This document shows positions 60,656-64,000 of a stretch of DNA of 64,000 bases, piece after piece. Below the pieces are notes generated by a model. That model saw nothing but the letters and a program-made list of their open reading frames with translations. It searched no databases and was not told the origin of the DNA. Origin of the DNA: Mobula hypostoma (taxonomy: Eukaryota). Position 1 is the first letter of the stretch. Every line of letters starts with the position of its first letter. The stretch covers positions 7,192,001 to 7,256,000 of the forward strand of contig NC_086098.1 in assembly GCF_963921235.1 (NCBI RefSeq), in the 5' to 3' direction. The position numbers and the translations under genes are program-made.

Positions 60656-61409
60656 ATTGGATGATGAGCAAAAGGAAAAATAGCAATATTTAGACCAGCC
60701 TACACATACTTTATTTCTGTGCTTTTTGTCATTCACAACAAAGGAGAAAGAGATGTGCTTTGAGTAGGTGTTATGCTAATAAATCACACCTGTTCGAAAA
60801 TGCTGATTTTTATTTAAATACAGAACTTTGATCCTAATTACCAATTGTCATCAATTTGAACTTTACTAAAAGCTGTTAAGAGAGCAGTTGTAAATATTGT
60901 GTGGATGCAACCTTCCTGGGTCAGGGAATAGGACAAAGTGATGTTTGTGTGTGTCGGTGGAATGGAGATGCTCCTGCAGCAACTGATAACTTCTGTAAAG
61001 TAGAACACCTCTGTACTGTTCAGCTGCAATCTTCAGAGAGTTTCCATGATCAATCTTGATCGTGTCAGAGACCAGGGGAAAAAATGTGCCAAGTATTTCC
61101 CTGTTTAAAATGTCCTCTTTGAACCTTCAACAGTAAATAGGCAGCTGGAGGTGACATAAGTATGTGTTGGGGATATCTTGGATCTGGAACTATGTAATGA
61201 GACGACCCAATTAGAGAGGAAAGTTGGCTGGGATAGATGGGGGAGATAGATTTAATGACAGGACACACACAAAATGCTGGATGAACTCAGCGGGTCAGAC
61301 AACATCTATGGAAAGGAATAAACAGTCGATGTTTCTAGCTGAGACCCTTCGTCAGGACTCTAAAGGAAGGGAGAAGATAGCAGAATAGGAACCAGGGCCA
61401 TCTGTTTTC

Positions 61410-62695
61410 TCAGCATGTTTATTCAAAGTGCTCGGGGTTGGAAGTGTTTTGGATTTTGGAATATTTGCATCTATTTAGTGGGGTGGAGGGGCGAAGGTAC
61501 GTCTGTACTGGGAGTGGGGGTGTAAGGTGCTCCTTCCCTCCGCTAGCCTGCAGGTCCCCCTTGGGCAAGGTTTAGCTCCTGCTTAGCCCCCCATCCCGAT
61601 CAGGGTCTTGTGAAGTTATGTGATCAATTGGCACATGGTCGTATAAGCACTGGTGCATATCACAAGTCCTGGTTATGTGATCACTGACGCCAGGCAGACA
61701 ACCTCTGAAGAGTATTGACAATGGCTGGGGTCACCCAACTTAAAAAGGCACTGCCCAGAAGAAGGCAACGGCAAACCACTTCTGTACAAAATTTGACAAA
61801 AACAATCATGGTTCTGGAAAGACCATGATTGTCCACATCAAATGACACAGCACATAACAAATTAACAATAATGATATACGTTGGGGCTGGGATCCAATCG
61901 TGAGCACAAAATCCATTTATATTGCATACATATTCAGCTGATGTGAAGCTCACAGAGTGAACAGTCCGCAGTCAAAGCGTAGCCTGATATGATAGAGCTG
62001 GGTTCATTGGACTGTTGGAGTTGAATGACGGCCCCCAACTGCATTTATTACTGAGATCTAATACTGTGATTGACCGCATATCTGCCATCGATTTCGCTCA
62101 GCCATCCATTCCACAGCAACTACAACAGGAGGGGATAGCTTTAATAATTTTGTGCATGAAACAATAATGTGTATTTTGAACCATCAGAAAGGTAAGCTAT
62201 CACTACCTTGGCTGCCCTGCTTGACAGCCAGTGGCTGTTCGGCATTGCCTACGTTTCCGACTCTGAATTTATGTGCCACTGATAGGCAGTCTCTGCCTTC
62301 ACCTTTTTCATCACACATATGCCCTAGTACAGCCATTCAGCATGTTAGATTTTCCTCAGCGACGATCTTGCCAAACTCATCAGTAAATTCCTCTGCTCCT
62401 TCCTGATCAGCAGATGCTTTATCATCACAAATCTTTAAAAAATTTAGTACTGTGCCATTTTTAACCAGCCTGCTCATTTGTCTGTGTTTTTTCTATTTTT
62501 TATTAAATTCTGTTCATTGCAAAGTGAGGTCACTTGCTTGAACTGTCCGTGGTGCATCGAGACCTTTGCATCGCCTAGGAACCTTCTCAGAACCTTGTAG
62601 AATTTTCCCTTTGTGATATTGTGACAGCGCTCAAAAGAATTTGGACTATGGAGGCTTTTGGATTTTAGAAGTACTGATGAGGGGTGCTCAACAGC
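61410..62695 (-). mobile_element. pogo/Tigger (Jerky-like) DNA transposon remnant
   Basis: Minus strand ~62341-62440 encodes LKICDDKASADQEGAEEFTDEFGKIVAEENLT. Tigger-type subterminal gtgttttggattttgga motifs near both ends. Confidence 0.65.
61484..61880 (+). mobile_element. RTE/BovB-related non-autonomous element nested in the Tigger remnant
   Basis: agaagaaggcaacggcaaaccacttctgta resembles the Bov-A/BovB-type motif; GC-rich head; short (aat)n-like tail. Confidence 0.5.
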
Positions 62696-63239
62696 ACTGA
62701 TTTCTTTTGGTTACGTACTTGAAATACAGGAGGAACTCAACAGGCCAGGCAACATCTATGGGAAAAAAATACGTTGGACCGAGGAGCTCAGCCCGAAATG
62801 TCGACTGTACTTCTTTCTATAGATGCTGCCTGGCTGCTGAGTTCCTCCAGCAACTTGAGTGTGTTGCCTGTATTTCAAACATCTGCAGATTTTCTCTTGT
62901 TTGTGATTTATTTTGGTGATCAGTATGAAACGATCAGGGCTGAGAATAGGAAAGTGGAATTACTAATAGTTCAATTATAACCTTAATTGGCGAAAGCAGC
63001 TCAGAAAAGCTTCCAATTGCCCACATCTGCTCATGGAATCCTTTACAGTGACTAATTTACTTCAAATTTGTTAAATACTCCCCCAATAAGCTGATAATGA
63101 GTGATCCTGCCAGCTGTAGGTGTAAATCATTGCTTGGTTACTCTCAGTCTTTGGTTTTGAAATTTGGGTGAACTAAAAAGCACGATAACACAGAAAAATT
63201 GCTGGAAAAACTCATGCAGCATCAAAGGAACAATAGTGT

Positions 63240-64000
63240 GAACTGTTATTTAAATGTGGAGAAGGTTCAAACAGGTGCAGAGGGACTTGGAGTCCTCGTG
63301 CAAGACTCCCACGAGGTTAATTTACAGATGAGTCTGTGGTAAAGAAGGCAAATGTAATGTTGGCATTTATTTCAAGGGGAATAGAATATAAAAGCAAGGA
63401 GAAACTGCTGAGGCTTTATAAGACACTAGTCAGGTCGCACTTGGAATATTGTCATAAAGAATGTGTTGTCATTGCAGAGTCGAGAGGTGGTTCATGAGGA
63501 TGATTCTGGGAGTGAAGGGGTTAACATATGAGGAGCGTTTGTCAGCTTTGGGCCTGTGCTTACTAGAATCTAGAAGAATGAGTTGGGATCTCATTGAAAC
63601 CTATCGATTATTGAAAGGACTAGATAGGGTTTTCAGGTAGGGAATGACAGGATTGGTAGCACGATGTACCTGGAATTTGTTGTTTTTGATATGATGGGGG
63701 AGGGAGTGCAGGGGTAGATCAACTGATATGGGAGAGTGTTACAGCATGGAATCATAGAACACTACAGCACAAAAGCTAGCCCTTTGGCCCATCTATTCCA
63801 TGCAAGACTATTAATCTGCTTGACCCACTGACCTGACCTGGCCTAGAGCCCTCCATTCCTCGCCCATCCATATACCTGTCCAGATTTCTCTGAAATGTTG
63901 AAATTGAACTCAAATGCACCACTTTCACTGGCAACTCATTCCACACTTTCACCATCCTCTGCGTGAAGAAATTCCACCTCATGTTCCCTTTAAGTGTTTC
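63240..64000. mobile_element. Two CR1 fragments (63240-~63630 plus strand; ~63750-64000 minus-strand 3' end)
   Basis: KKANVMLAFISRGIEYKS-type and FFTQRMVKVWNELP motifs. Confidence 0.75.

Noticed and set aside
1..64000. Prokaryotic systems (CRISPR array, retron, DGR, defence RTs)
   Set aside because: All RT motifs are of eukaryotic CR1, L1, Rex, Gypsy or Penelope type. There are no operons and no regularly spaced repeat-spacer array.

Overview
Eukaryotic, transposon-saturated intronic or intergenic DNA. The mix of abundant CR1 LINEs, V-domain tRNA-SINEs, Rex1/Babar, Penelope, RTE derivatives, fish-type Gypsy and Tc1 elements suggests a cartilaginous fish (inference). No intact host gene is visible, and almost every long ORF is retroelement-derived or an antisense shadow. 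Many insertions can be bounded to the base by target-site duplications (TSDs), which reveals nesting up to four levels deep. Best lead: a 525-bp RTE-tailed non-autonomous element (24687-25211) carries a 178-nt GC-rich piece of the host gene CYHR1/ZFTRAF1 in circularly permuted order, as if a small circle had integrated. Other highlights are a Tf1/sushi-type chromovirus with a readable self-priming signature, minimal hammerhead ribozyme motifs in Penelope repeats (including palindromic mini-elements with long TSDs), a decayed twister-like motif on a mini-RTE, four solo LTRs, and weak candidate exons of an unidentified minus-strand gene. Family names come from motif recognition, not database searches, and boundaries without a TSD are approximate.
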